A stretch of DNA of 64,000 bases from Candidatus Eiseniibacteriota bacterium (lineage in GTDB: Bacteria > Eisenbacteria > RBG-16-71-46), in NCBI GenBank assembly GCA_039917105.1, contig JBDSKE010000251.1, positions 16,035-80,034 of the forward strand. The letters run 5' to 3'. The notes beneath the pieces were generated by a model, which made no database searches, was not told the origin of the DNA, and saw only the letters and a program-made list of their open reading frames with translations. This document shows positions 28,253 to 37,592 of the stretch, piece after piece. The position numbers were made by a program, and so were the translations under genes. Positions within the stretch are counted from its first letter, which is position 1; every line of letters starts with the position of its first letter.

Positions 28253-29695
28253 ATGCGCATCCTCCATTGGTTCCGCAAGGACCTTCGCCTGGGCGATAAC
28301 ACCGCGCTGAGTGAAGCGTGCCGCGATGCCGGCGGCGACGTGGTGCCGTTCTACATGAGCGAGCCCGCGATTCTCGGACGGCCCGACATGGCGGCGGCGC
28401 GCGTTCGCTTCGTGCTGGAGTCCTTGGCTTCGCTGCGTGCCGACATCGAGGCGCTCGGTTCGAGCTTGGGGCTGGGGCACGGCGAGGCCGCCCAGGGCGT
28501 GGTGCGGGCTGCCCGCGCGGCGCGAGCCGACGCGGTTTATTGGAACGACGAATACGAACCGCAACTGCGCGCCCGCGATGATGCGGTCGAACATGCGCTT
28601 GTGGCCGCCGGGCACGGGGTCAGGCGCTTCCATGATCGGTTGTTGGCGCCGCCAGGGCTGGTCGCGACCGGTGCTGGAACCCCGTTCGTGGTGTACACGC
28701 CGTTCCGCCGCGCGTGCGAGAAGCACCCCCTCGCCGAGCCTCATCGCCGGGTCACCCGCTTGGCCCAGCATGGCCTGCCGCAACACGCGTTGGCCACGCT
28801 GGCCCAGTTGGGGTTTCCAGAAACCGCGGTTGCACCTTGGCCCGCGGGGGAAACAGCAGCGAATGCCCGGCTTGAACGGTTCCTCGACGGGATCGATGCC
28901 GCCACGAACGAAGGGCTCGCTGGCTACGACACCCATCGGGACTTCCCCGCCGTGCACGCGGTTTCCCGGCTCTCGGCCGACCTGCGCTTCGGCACCATCG
29001 GTATCCGTCAGGTGACCCAAGCCGCGCGGGCAGCAGCGCACGCGGTCCCCCGATTGGCGAAGGCGGTCGAGAAGTTCGTGAGCGAACTGCGTTGGCGGGA
29101 TTTTTACGCGCAGGTGATGTTCCACCACCCGCACTGCGAGCGGGGGTGTTTCCGGCCCGAGTACGACGCACTGCCCTGGAGTGGCACACCGGAACAACTC
29201 GATGCGTGGAAGCAGGGTCGGACAGGTTATCCCATCGTGGATGCCGGCATGCGCGAGTTGCTCGCAACCGGCTTCATGCACAACCGCGTTCGCATGCTCG
29301 CGGCCAGCTTCCTCACGAAGGACCTGTTGATCGACTGGCGTCAGGGCGAACGGCACTTCATGCAACACTTGATTGATGGGGATCTGGCGAACAACAATGG
29401 CGGCTGGCAGTGGGCCGCGGGAACAGGCACCGATGCTGCGCCGTATTTTCGCATCTTCAATCCCGTGTCGCAGGGGCAACGTTTCGACGCCGATGGGGTA
29501 TATGTCCGGCGTTGGATACCGGAGCTTTCCCGCCTGCCGGCCGCGAAACTGCATCGACCGTGGGAGGTCGGCCCGCTCGACCTTGCCGCATCGGGCGTGA
29601 CACTGGGCGAGACTTACCCCTACCCGATCGTGGACCACTCCGCGCAGCGTGAACGCGCGCTCGCCATGTACGCCGCGGTGAAGGACCGATTGTGA
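28253..29695 (+). CDS. phr: deoxyribodipyrimidine photolyase (cryptochrome/photolyase family)
   Basis: N-terminal MRILHWFRKDLRLGDNTAL; FAD-binding C-terminal region (DGDLANNNGGWQWAAGTGTD...YFRIFNP). Confidence 0.85.
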   Translation: MRILHWFRKDLRLGDNTALSEACRDAGGDVVPFYMSEPAILGRPDMAAARVRFVLESLASLRADIEALGSSLGLGHGEAAQGVVRAARAARADAVYWNDEYEPQLRARDDAVEHALVAAGHGVRRFHDRLLAPPGLVATGAGTPFVVYTPFRRACEKHPLAEPHRRVTRLAQHGLPQHALATLAQLGFPETAVAPWPAGETAANARLERFLDGIDAATNEGLAGYDTHRDFPAVHAVSRLSADLRFGTIGIRQVTQAARAAAHAVPRLAKAVEKFVSELRWRDFYAQVMFHHPHCERGCFRPEYDALPWSGTPEQLDAWKQGRTGYPIVDAGMRELLATGFMHNRVRMLAASFLTKDLLIDWRQGERHFMQHLIDGDLANNNGGWQWAAGTGTDAAPYFRIFNPVSQGQRFDADGVYVRRWIPELSRLPAAKLHRPWEVGPLDLAASGVTLGETYPYPIVDHSAQRERALAMYAAVKDRL

Positions 29696-30636
29696 TGGAT
29701 TCCGAACGCCCCCTGTTGGCGTGGTCGAGCGACCATCATGAGTTCGCGTTGCCCTTGGGCCATCCATTCCCGCTCGAGAAGTACCGACTCGTCCGCGAGC
29801 GCCTGCTCGCCGAGCGGGTGCTCGAGCCGGATTGGGTGTCGGCTTCGGAACCGGCACCCCGCGCCTGGCTCGCGCTCGCGCACGACGGTCAGTATCTGGA
29901 CCGCACACTCGCTCAGGGTTGGACCGACACCGAGGTGCGCCGGCTGGGGCTGCCGTGGTCCGAGGCCCTGGTCCGGCGTGCGCGCGCTGCGGTCTACGGC
30001 ACCGTCCTGGCCTCACGTGCTGCTCTCGTGCATGGCATCGCAGGCAATCTCGCTGGTGGCACCCACCACGCGTTCTTCGATCGCGGCGAGGCCTACTGTT
30101 TGTTCAATGACGTCGCGGTGAGTGTCGCATTGCTTCGACAGGAAGATCAGGCCCGCCGCCCGTTCGTGCTCGACCTCGATGTGCACCAAGGGAACGGAAC
30201 CGCCGCCATGTTCGCGTCCGACCCCCGGGTCTATACGCTGAGCGTGCACGCGCGGCACAACTACCCCGGGCACAAGGAGACCAGCTCGCGCGACGTCGAG
30301 CTCGACGATGGGGTGGGCGATGACGAGGTGCTTGAGGCGCTCGAACGCCATGTTCCGGCGGCCCTCGATGCACATGAGCCGGATCTGGTCTTCTACCAAG
30401 CGGGCGTCGACGCCTTGCACACCGATCGGCTCGGACGACTCCGCATGACGCACGCCGGGCTCGCTGAGCGCGATCGGCGGGTGTTCGCTTGGTTGGAACA
30501 ACGCAATCTGCCCGTGGTGGTGACGCTCGGCGGCGGGTATGGCCGCCCGATCGAGAGCACGGTCGAGGCGCATTGCAATGTCTGGCGAGCGGCGCGTGAC
30601 GCGCGGCGCCGTCGAGCTGCCGTCGAGCCGTCCTGA
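29692..30636 (+). CDS. histone deacetylase-family (arginase/deacetylase fold) amidohydrolase, AcuC/acetylpolyamine amidohydrolase-like
   Basis: HHAFFDRGEAYCLFNDVA ... LDLDVHQGNGT motifs; GTG 29692 / ATG 29695 overlaps photolyase stop TGA (29693-29695). Confidence 0.75.
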   Translation: MMDSERPLLAWSSDHHEFALPLGHPFPLEKYRLVRERLLAERVLEPDWVSASEPAPRAWLALAHDGQYLDRTLAQGWTDTEVRRLGLPWSEALVRRARAAVYGTVLASRAALVHGIAGNLAGGTHHAFFDRGEAYCLFNDVAVSVALLRQEDQARRPFVLDLDVHQGNGTAAMFASDPRVYTLSVHARHNYPGHKETSSRDVELDDGVGDDEVLEALERHVPAALDAHEPDLVFYQAGVDALHTDRLGRLRMTHAGLAERDRRVFAWLEQRNLPVVVTLGGGYGRPIESTVEAHCNVWRAARDARRRRAAVEPS

Positions 30637-30858
30637 GACCCCCCGACCACACTGTTCACACCCATCGCTGACCCTGAGGCACGCGTCGAGCATTTGGCCG
30701 CACCCTGCGGGCCTTGGACGCGAGCGGGTGGCGCCGCCCCCGTCGTGGGCGCATGTGTCCACGGCGTCGACACGCACTTTTCTCCTTGCAGAACAGGCAC
30801 GGGGCGCGTAGAAAGCGACTGAGCCTCGCCCCCGGGGACACGAAGGGGGGTGAATCAT

Positions 30859-31218
30859 ATGAAGCAGGGTCGCATGCTCCTGCCATTCGCGCTCGCGGCG
30901 ATGTTGTCCGCGACCGTGATGCCGGCCTCGCCCGCGCACGCCGCGGCGAAGAAGTCCGTGGCGGCTGGGACGAGCGCCAAGAAGGGCCACGCCTACCACC
31001 AGTTCACCGGGGTGGTGACGTCGTTCGACAAGGCCAGCCTCACGGTCGAGAAGACCGGAAAAGCACCAAAGACCATGGTCTTCTCACGCCACACCGAGAT
31101 GAAGACCTCCGGTGAGCTCGAGAAGGACGCCCGCGTCACGGTGTATTACCGTGAAGAGGGTGGCAAGCCGGTGGCGCACAAGGTGGTGGTGAAGGCTGGA
31201 TCGCTCGCCACGCGCTGA
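30859..31218 (+). CDS. small secreted protein of unknown function
   Basis: Signal peptide MKQGRMLLPFALAAMLSATVMPASPAHA; ATG 30859 preceded by G-rich RBS (aagggggg); GTG 30850 is an alternative start. Confidence 0.45.
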   Translation: MKQGRMLLPFALAAMLSATVMPASPAHAAAKKSVAAGTSAKKGHAYHQFTGVVTSFDKASLTVEKTGKAPKTMVFSRHTEMKTSGELEKDARVTVYYREEGGKPVAHKVVVKAGSLATR

Positions 31219-31356
31219 CACGCGAGATAGGCGAGGGTCGGGCGTCCCGCGGGCGCCCGGCCCTTGCTGTGTCCGAGCGTGGCGTCCGCGCCACGGCTCG
31301 CTTAATCTGACGCCGTTCACATGCGCCGTTCGCCATGCAACGAAGGAGCCCTCCGA

Positions 31357-33333
31357 ATGCGTCGCGCATCGGTTGTCATTGCTGTGCTCTTGTTGACGAG
31401 CCCTGCCCTCGCTTCAGGCCGACCCACCTCCCGAACAACGGCCGCGGCCCCGCGCCCGTTCACGCTCGAACACGCCCTCACCTCCAGGGGAATCACCGCC
31501 CCGGTCTGGTCGCACGACGGCCGGCGAATCGCCTTCGTGGTGAGTGCCTCCGACACCGCCGAGAACACCACGAACCAGGATGTCTGGGTGTACGACGTAC
31601 GCACGAATGCAGCACGCGCGCTGACCCGCTCCCCCAAGAACGACTACGCGCCTCAGTTCTCGCCGACGGGCGACACGCTGGCGTTCCTCGCGGCGCGTGG
31701 CACCGGTGATGAGGTGAAGCCGGCGGTCTGGTTCCTACCCATGCAGGGGGGCGAACCATGGCCGCTGGGGACCTTTGCGGAATCCGTCGGGGAGATCCAG
31801 TGGTCACCCGATGGCTCCATGATCGCATTCACTATGCTCGATACGCTGAGCAAGCAGGCGCGGGAGTGGCGCAAGAAGAAATGGGATCACATCGTCGAGG
31901 GCGAGATTCCCCAGTACAACCACCTCTGGGTGATTGACCTGGCGAGCGGCAAGCAGCGGCGACTCACCTCCGGCGCGTACATGGTGGCGGCGCCCCGTTG
32001 GTCCCCGGACTCGCACAATCTCGCGTTCACCTGGAATCCCACGGGCGCAGTCGACGATGGCAATCTCTCGGATATCGCGGTCGTCTCGGCCACGGGCGGT
32101 CCGATCCTCAAGCTCGGCGCGCTCCCGGATGGCGATGCGAGTTGGTCGCCCGATTCCAAATGGATCGCCTGGGCAGGCACCTCGGACCGCAAGGTGTTCG
32201 TCGAGAAGACCGACTTGTGGGTGGTGCGCGCCAACGGCGGGAAACCCTCCAGGCTCACGGCAGGCTTCGATGAGGACGCACGCTCACCCGTCTGGAGTGT
32301 TGGTTCGGATTCGCTTTTCTTCACTTCAGCGCAGGGCGCCGCCAGTGCGCTGGTGTCGGTCGCGCGAACCGGCGGGCGGGTGATCGTGGGTCCTCCGCAA
32401 CGCCACGAGATCCTGGGGCCGATGGTGATCTCGCAACAAGGGCGTGCCGCTTGGGTGCAGAACAGTTTCGACATGCCCAGCGAGTTATGGATCGCCGAGC
32501 ATATGCAAGCACCGGGACGCCGCGTGACCGAAGTGAACGCTTCGATGCGCGGCCTCTCGTTGGGCGACACGCGCTCGATTCAGTGGACGAGTGACGATGG
32601 CACGAAGGTGGAGGGCATGCTCGTGCGTCCGCCTGGCGCGGCCAGCGGCAGCGCGCTCAAGACGCTCGTTCTCTTGCATGGCGGGCCCTACACCACTCGT
32701 TTCGGTTGGGGGTTCCAGCCCATGGCGCAGTACATGGCAGCGCATGGCTATCAGGTGTTCATGCCGAACTTCCGCTCGAGCGGTGGTTACGGCACGGCAT
32801 TCATGGTGCGCAAGCGGGCCGATTGGGGCGGTCAGGACTGGCGGGATGTCCAGAGCGGCCTCGACAGCCTGATCGAGCGCGGGCTAGCCGACCCCAGCAA
32901 GCTCGGCGTGTTCGGCCACTCGTACGGCGGTTATCTCTCCGCCTGGGCCATCTCGCAGACCACGAGATTCGACGCCGCGGTGGTGAGCGCGGGAGCGGTC
33001 GACCTGGCGAATCTCTGGGGCCAGAGCGACACGCACCAGTACCGCGCCTTTGAGTTCAATGGCACTCCGGTGCAGACCTTCGAGCAGTGGCGACGGGCTT
33101 CGCCACTGGCCTATTACCAGAACGTCAAGACCCCGACGCTCGTCCTCAATGGCGAACTCGACCAGCGTGTGCCGAACTCGCAGGCACAACTCGACTATCA
33201 ACTGCTCAGGTCCCTCGGCGTGCCCACCCAGTACGTGCGTTACCCGCGCGAACCGCACGGGATTCGCGAACCGCACCATCGCGCCGACTGGTTCGTGCGG
33301 CAACTCGCTTGGTTCGACGCGTACGTTCGATGA
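31357..33333 (+). CDS. S9-family serine peptidase (prolyl oligopeptidase/dipeptidyl aminopeptidase-like) with N-terminal beta-propeller, secreted
   Basis: GHSYGGYLS (GxSxGG nucleophile elbow) in C-terminal alpha/beta-hydrolase domain; WD40-like propeller repeats; signal peptide MRRASVVIAVLLLTSPALASG; AAGGAG RBS at 31343-31348. Confidence 0.8.
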   Translation: MRRASVVIAVLLLTSPALASGRPTSRTTAAAPRPFTLEHALTSRGITAPVWSHDGRRIAFVVSASDTAENTTNQDVWVYDVRTNAARALTRSPKNDYAPQFSPTGDTLAFLAARGTGDEVKPAVWFLPMQGGEPWPLGTFAESVGEIQWSPDGSMIAFTMLDTLSKQAREWRKKKWDHIVEGEIPQYNHLWVIDLASGKQRRLTSGAYMVAAPRWSPDSHNLAFTWNPTGAVDDGNLSDIAVVSATGGPILKLGALPDGDASWSPDSKWIAWAGTSDRKVFVEKTDLWVVRANGGKPSRLTAGFDEDARSPVWSVGSDSLFFTSAQGAASALVSVARTGGRVIVGPPQRHEILGPMVISQQGRAAWVQNSFDMPSELWIAEHMQAPGRRVTEVNASMRGLSLGDTRSIQWTSDDGTKVEGMLVRPPGAASGSALKTLVLLHGGPYTTRFGWGFQPMAQYMAAHGYQVFMPNFRSSGGYGTAFMVRKRADWGGQDWRDVQSGLDSLIERGLADPSKLGVFGHSYGGYLSAWAISQTTRFDAAVVSAGAVDLANLWGQSDTHQYRAFEFNGTPVQTFEQWRRASPLAYYQNVKTPTLVLNGELDQRVPNSQAQLDYQLLRSLGVPTQYVRYPREPHGIREPHHRADWFVRQLAWFDAYVR

Positions 33334-35045
33334 GCGGACGCGTTCCGCCTGCGGGCACCACCCGGGCGCTCGCCGCCCTGACGCGGCTCGAAGCGCTGCG
33401 ACACGAGTTCGGATCGGCCACGCTCGCTCGTGAAAAGCGCGCATCACTCACACGACTCGCGCGCGCGAAGCTTCCCTCTGCGGCCGATGTCCTGCGCCTG
33501 CACGAACTGCTCGTGTTCATGCGCGCGTACCCCGACTCTGAGGGAATCCGCTCTCTCACCGAACGCCTTTTGCGCGGGTTCGCACACCGGCGCGACCTTG
33601 GCGCGCATCGCGCCGCGCTTGCCGATAGTGGAATCGCTGGAACCGACATTCATTTTCGTTTCTTCGCCGAAACCGCACGCTGGCTCGCGGGGCGTCACCC
33701 GATGCAGCTCTGTTATGACTGGGATGAATGGGAGGACGTGACCCGGCTCGAGGAGATGTTGCCGTTATTGGCCGTTCACGGCGAGACGCCCGGGCTGGAT
33801 GAATACGACCTGGGCCTGCGTGGTTGGCTCGACCGCATGCGGGGCGATGTGGGCGATGCCGCGTGGGCCACCACGCGCCTCGCTGCCCGCGTTGAGGATC
33901 CGCTCCTGTTCGAGCGTCTGCACGATGGCATCGACGCCCCCATGAAACTCGCCTCAGCGCCCGGAACTCCCTCGCGCACGCTAGGGCGTTGGCCGGGGGG
34001 ACGCATCGCAGCACAACGCACTCCGCTTCGGCGCGAGCGGCCCGAGCTACGCGAGGAATTGGCGCGACCGCCACGGTCGGTCATGGCCCTGTCCGTGATC
34101 GAAGGCCAGCGGATGGTGGATCTGGCCCGGGAAACCATGGTCACGCGCAGTCGTGACCTGGACGCATTCGCGTATGCAGATCCGCGGGATGTGCGGTGGG
34201 TGGACTGCGGCGACGGACTGGCGCTCGCCTGCATGGGGGTGCAGCCGGAGCGTCGACTCTTGCTCGAATCGGTGTACGGCATGCTCACGCTCAAGAATGG
34301 TGTTCCGATCGGCTATGTGCTCACCAGCGCGTTGTTCGGTTCAGCCGAGATCGCCTACAACGTCTTCGACACCTTCCGTGGTGCCGAGGCGGGCGCGGTG
34401 TATGGCCGCGTGCTCAGCACCACGCGGTTCCTGTTCGGCGTGGATAGCTTCACGATCTATCCCTACCAGTTGGGCGGGGCGGGCAACCATGAAGGGCTTG
34501 CCAGCGGAGCATGGTGGTTCTACCGCAAGCTGGGGTTCGAACCCAGGGCGCGAAGCGCCCGCACCCAGATGCACCGCGAAGAAACCCGCATGGCGCGCGA
34601 CCCAGCCCATCGCTCCAGCCCGCGCACGCTGGCGATGCTGGGCGAGCACAATGTCTATTGGCACTTGGGAGAAGTCCGCGAGGATGTGATCGGGTCGTTG
34701 CCGCTGGCGAACCTTGGGCTCGCCATCACCGACCTGTTGGCGAAGCGATTCGCGCGGGACGGCAATCGCGGAGCGGCCACCTGCATCGCCGAAGCGCGCG
34801 AACGGTTGGGAGGCGGCCCGACCGTGAACTGGTCGCCCCAGGAGCGCCAGGCGTTCGAACGCTGGGCGCCGCTCGTCCTACTACTGCGCGGCATGGGGCG
34901 CTGGACGCCTGCCGACAGGCGTGCGCTGGTGGCCGTGATCCGCGCCAAAGGTGGAGCGAGGGAGAGCGACTTCGTGCGCCGGTTCGACGCGCACGCCCGG
35001 CTGCGATCGGCCCTGACGGCCCTGGCGACGGACTTCCGGGCCTGA
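33330..35045 (+). CDS. hypothetical protein with GNAT-like C-terminal segment
   Basis: Start ATG 33330 overlaps S9 peptidase stop (ATGA); C-terminal GAGNHEGLASGAWWFYRKLGFEP resembles acyl-CoA N-acyltransferase fold motif; the ORF-track N-extension to 33087 is unlikely. Confidence 0.45.
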   Translation: MSGRVPPAGTTRALAALTRLEALRHEFGSATLAREKRASLTRLARAKLPSAADVLRLHELLVFMRAYPDSEGIRSLTERLLRGFAHRRDLGAHRAALADSGIAGTDIHFRFFAETARWLAGRHPMQLCYDWDEWEDVTRLEEMLPLLAVHGETPGLDEYDLGLRGWLDRMRGDVGDAAWATTRLAARVEDPLLFERLHDGIDAPMKLASAPGTPSRTLGRWPGGRIAAQRTPLRRERPELREELARPPRSVMALSVIEGQRMVDLARETMVTRSRDLDAFAYADPRDVRWVDCGDGLALACMGVQPERRLLLESVYGMLTLKNGVPIGYVLTSALFGSAEIAYNVFDTFRGAEAGAVYGRVLSTTRFLFGVDSFTIYPYQLGGAGNHEGLASGAWWFYRKLGFEPRARSARTQMHREETRMARDPAHRSSPRTLAMLGEHNVYWHLGEVREDVIGSLPLANLGLAITDLLAKRFARDGNRGAATCIAEARERLGGGPTVNWSPQERQAFERWAPLVLLLRGMGRWTPADRRALVAVIRAKGGARESDFVRRFDAHARLRSALTALATDFRA

Positions 35046-35058
35046 CCCGCCCCAGTCC

Positions 35059-35979
35059 TCACATGATGGTCTTGCCCAGTGCGCTCTGCGCGAGTTCTGC
35101 CGCGAGCACACCGGTCATGTTCTGCAAGTCGAGCACTGGATTCACCTCGACCAGGTCCATGGACACGATATTGGCGCGATCGTGGAACAGTTCCATGGCC
35201 AGATGCGCTTCGCGGTAACTGATACCGCCCCACACCGGCGTACCCGTGCCGGGCGCATCTTCGGGATCCACAACATCGAGGTCGAATGACAGGTGGATGC
35301 CCGCCGTGCCGTCGCTTGCGATCCGGATCGCCTCATCGAGCGTGTCCCGCATGCCACGCTCGTCCAAGTCGCGCATGGTGTAACACGTGACGCCACTCTT
35401 CTTGAGGAACTCGCGCTCTTTGGAATCGATGTCGCGGATTCCGATCAGCACCGTATTCCGTGCCTGCACCTTGGGGGAGCGGCCACCCAGTCGCACCAGA
35501 TCCTTGTCGCCGTGGCCAAGACAGACAGCGAGTGACATCCCGTGGATATTGCCGCTCGGCGTGGTCTCGGGCGTGTTCGCATCCCCGTGCGCGTCGAACC
35601 AGATCAGGCCAAGGGCCTCGCCATGGCGCGCGAACCAGTTGGTCGAGCCCGCCACTGAACCGATTGCGATGCTGTGGTCGCCGCCGAGCACGAGCGGCAT
35701 GCGGCCTTCCCCGAGGCAGCGATCCACAAGCTTCATGAGATCCTTGCACGCCGCGAGGATCGGCTTCTTGTATCGCAGCTTCCCGGTGCCCACCTTCTGA
35801 GTCTCGGGAATCATCACATCCAGATCGCCGTAGTCCTCGACCTTGTGACCGAGTTCCTCGAGTTTCTTCTCGAGGTCGGCGATACGGATCGCCGAGGGGC
35901 CCATGTCAACGCCACGGCGGCCTGCGCCGAGGTCGATGGGCACTCCGATGACGCCGATGTTGCGCTTTCGCTTGGCCAT
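35059..35979 (-). CDS. rocF: arginase/agmatinase-family ureohydrolase (probable arginase)
   Basis: GGDHSIAIGSVAG, DAHGDANT, SFDLDVVDP manganese-binding motifs. Confidence 0.8.
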   Translation of the reverse strand: MAKRKRNIGVIGVPIDLGAGRRGVDMGPSAIRIADLEKKLEELGHKVEDYGDLDVMIPETQKVGTGKLRYKKPILAACKDLMKLVDRCLGEGRMPLVLGGDHSIAIGSVAGSTNWFARHGEALGLIWFDAHGDANTPETTPSGNIHGMSLAVCLGHGDKDLVRLGGRSPKVQARNTVLIGIRDIDSKEREFLKKSGVTCYTMRDLDERGMRDTLDEAIRIASDGTAGIHLSFDLDVVDPEDAPGTGTPVWGGISYREAHLAMELFHDRANIVSMDLVEVNPVLDLQNMTGVLAAELAQSALGKTIM

Positions 35980-36103
35980 GAGGCCAAGCTATCACCCGCC
36001 CCGCGCGGGCAGCAACTGCGGCGCCCATCCGCCCAGTAGGGGCCGATCGCTACCTGGGCGTACCCTGTCGCGGTTGACTTCGGCCCCCTCCGAGTCGAAC
36101 CTC

Positions 36104-36772
36104 GTGAGTGTGAAGAATTTTCGCGGCACTCGTACCCCCGCTCTGCTGGCGACGCTGCTCCTGCTGGGAGCCAGTGGCCGCGTGGACGAAGCGCGCCTCG
36201 CATCACCTCCTCGATCACCGCGATTCGCACCGCCAACCTCGGGTGTGCTCCTGGCCGAGGACTTCTCGGCCATGGCGATCGCTCGGTCATGGCACCCGGA
36301 TCGCGAAGGAGTCTGGACCGTCTCGCGGGGAATGTTGCGCGCCGACCTGCCCGATGTGAAGCAACTGCGTTCGCTCATCCGCGCGGGCGACTCCACCTGG
36401 ACCGACTACGCCGTCGATATCGATGTCTGCATGATGCGCGGGGTCGACAAGGGTGTGATCGTCCGCCTCGAAGGCGAGTCCGGAATCGGAGTGGACTTGC
36501 GCAGCGGCTCCTATCAGGACGTCGTCATGTATCTGCGTGAATGGCCCATGGGCAAGGCCCAGGCGACGAACGCGAACGGCGCGTGGAACCACCTGCGTGT
36601 TGAGATCCGGAGCAATCGTGTGCGCGTGTCGGTCAACGGGGAGATTCGCCTCGAGCGCCACGATCGCCGCAATGCGCGTCCGCGTGGCGGGATCGCGCTG
36701 CCGGCGTATACGGGCGGGGTGGGCCAATGCACCACCTACTACGACAATGTGGTGGTGACGAGACTGGACTGA
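36104..36772 (+). CDS. secreted protein of the DUF1080/LamG-like jelly-roll (3-keto-disaccharide hydrolase-like) family
   Basis: GTG start with signal-peptide-like LLATLLLLGASG (the ORF-track start 35903 lies inside the antisense arginase gene); C-terminal WNHLRVEIRSNRVRVSVNGEI pattern typical of the family; family call tentative. Confidence 0.45.
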   Translation: MSVKNFRGTRTPALLATLLLLGASGRVDEARLASPPRSPRFAPPTSGVLLAEDFSAMAIARSWHPDREGVWTVSRGMLRADLPDVKQLRSLIRAGDSTWTDYAVDIDVCMMRGVDKGVIVRLEGESGIGVDLRSGSYQDVVMYLREWPMGKAQATNANGAWNHLRVEIRSNRVRVSVNGEIRLERHDRRNARPRGGIALPAYTGGVGQCTTYYDNVVVTRLD

Positions 36773-36779
36773 GCCGCGC

Positions 36780-37592
36780 TCAGTGTCGGGACAGCGGCAC
36801 GGTGGACCCGAGCCATTTGCCCGTGTCCATGTGGCTATCGCCGACGAGCAGTGTGTCCGCTGGCCCACGCGCTCCCCGCGGTAGCCGGATGGCGAACTCA
36901 CCCCAGGTCTGGGTGTAATCGGCCGAGTTCGTGAAAGTATCGCGCGGCGCCGCGCCGCGGATGTGGATCTCCACATTGGCCTCGAATGGACGGCCGTAGC
37001 CTTCGATTGCAAGGGTATCCGAGTCGTCTCCCGGGCGCGGCCACAGCAGCACAGTCGAGGAGCCCTTGTCCGCGACCGCCGGGAGCGCGACACCCCCGCG
37101 ACGCAGATGCACCGTGAGCGGGGCTTCCCCCTCGCCGAATGCCGCACGCACGCTTGCAGGCTGGGCCAAATGCAGGTCGAGCGCCATCGAACCATCCAAT
37201 CGGCGCACCACGAAAGCTCGTGAGACCAACCCCGATTCGAAGGTCTTGTCCGTGAAGGACCACTTGGTCACGGTGATCGGCAGTTGGATGCGCAGCACCC
37301 GCACCTCGGGGCGGAACACCACGCTGCTCCCGGCGGGATGCCCGACGGGCGCTCCCGAGGCGTTCTCGAACGACACGATGATCGTGGTGACACTGTCGGA
37401 ATGCAGGCTCGCGATTCCCGAGATGCTGACCTCGCCGGAGTCGCCTTCGGCCGCCAGCGCGACCGGGCCAGAGCGCACCCATCCGTCCGCACTGACGTGA
37501 GTGTCTGAAGGAGCCTTGTCTTCGCGACGCGGCGCGGAGCAACCCGCGAGCACCACAAGGAGCACCAGCACGGACCACAATGGAATCTTCAT
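36780..37592 (-). CDS. lipoprotein of unknown function, translationally coupled to the P-type ATPase
   Basis: Lipobox VVLAGCSAP; start ATG overlaps ATPase stop (ATGA 37589-37592). Confidence 0.5.
   Translation of the reverse strand: MKIPLWSVLVLLVVLAGCSAPRREDKAPSDTHVSADGWVRSGPVALAAEGDSGEVSISGIASLHSDSVTTIIVSFENASGAPVGHPAGSSVVFRPEVRVLRIQLPITVTKWSFTDKTFESGLVSRAFVVRRLDGSMALDLHLAQPASVRAAFGEGEAPLTVHLRRGGVALPAVADKGSSTVLLWPRPGDDSDTLAIEGYGRPFEANVEIHIRGAAPRDTFTNSADYTQTWGEFAIRLPRGARGPADTLLVGDSHMDTGKWLGSTVPLSRH

Noticed and set aside
34528-34550. tRNA T-arm-like motif CTGGG-GTTCGAA-CCCAG inside the 33330-35045 ORF
   Set aside because: Only the T-arm resembles a tRNA. There is no acceptor, D or anticodon arm around it. 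The first loop base is G rather than T, and it lies in-frame within a well-supported coding region (encodes LGFEPRA). Coincidental.
35903-36103. 5' part of ORF 35903-36772 overlapping the arginase gene on the opposite strand
   Set aside because: The overlap is an artefact of ORF extension. A GTG at 36104 followed by a signal-peptide-like segment gives a non-overlapping gene.
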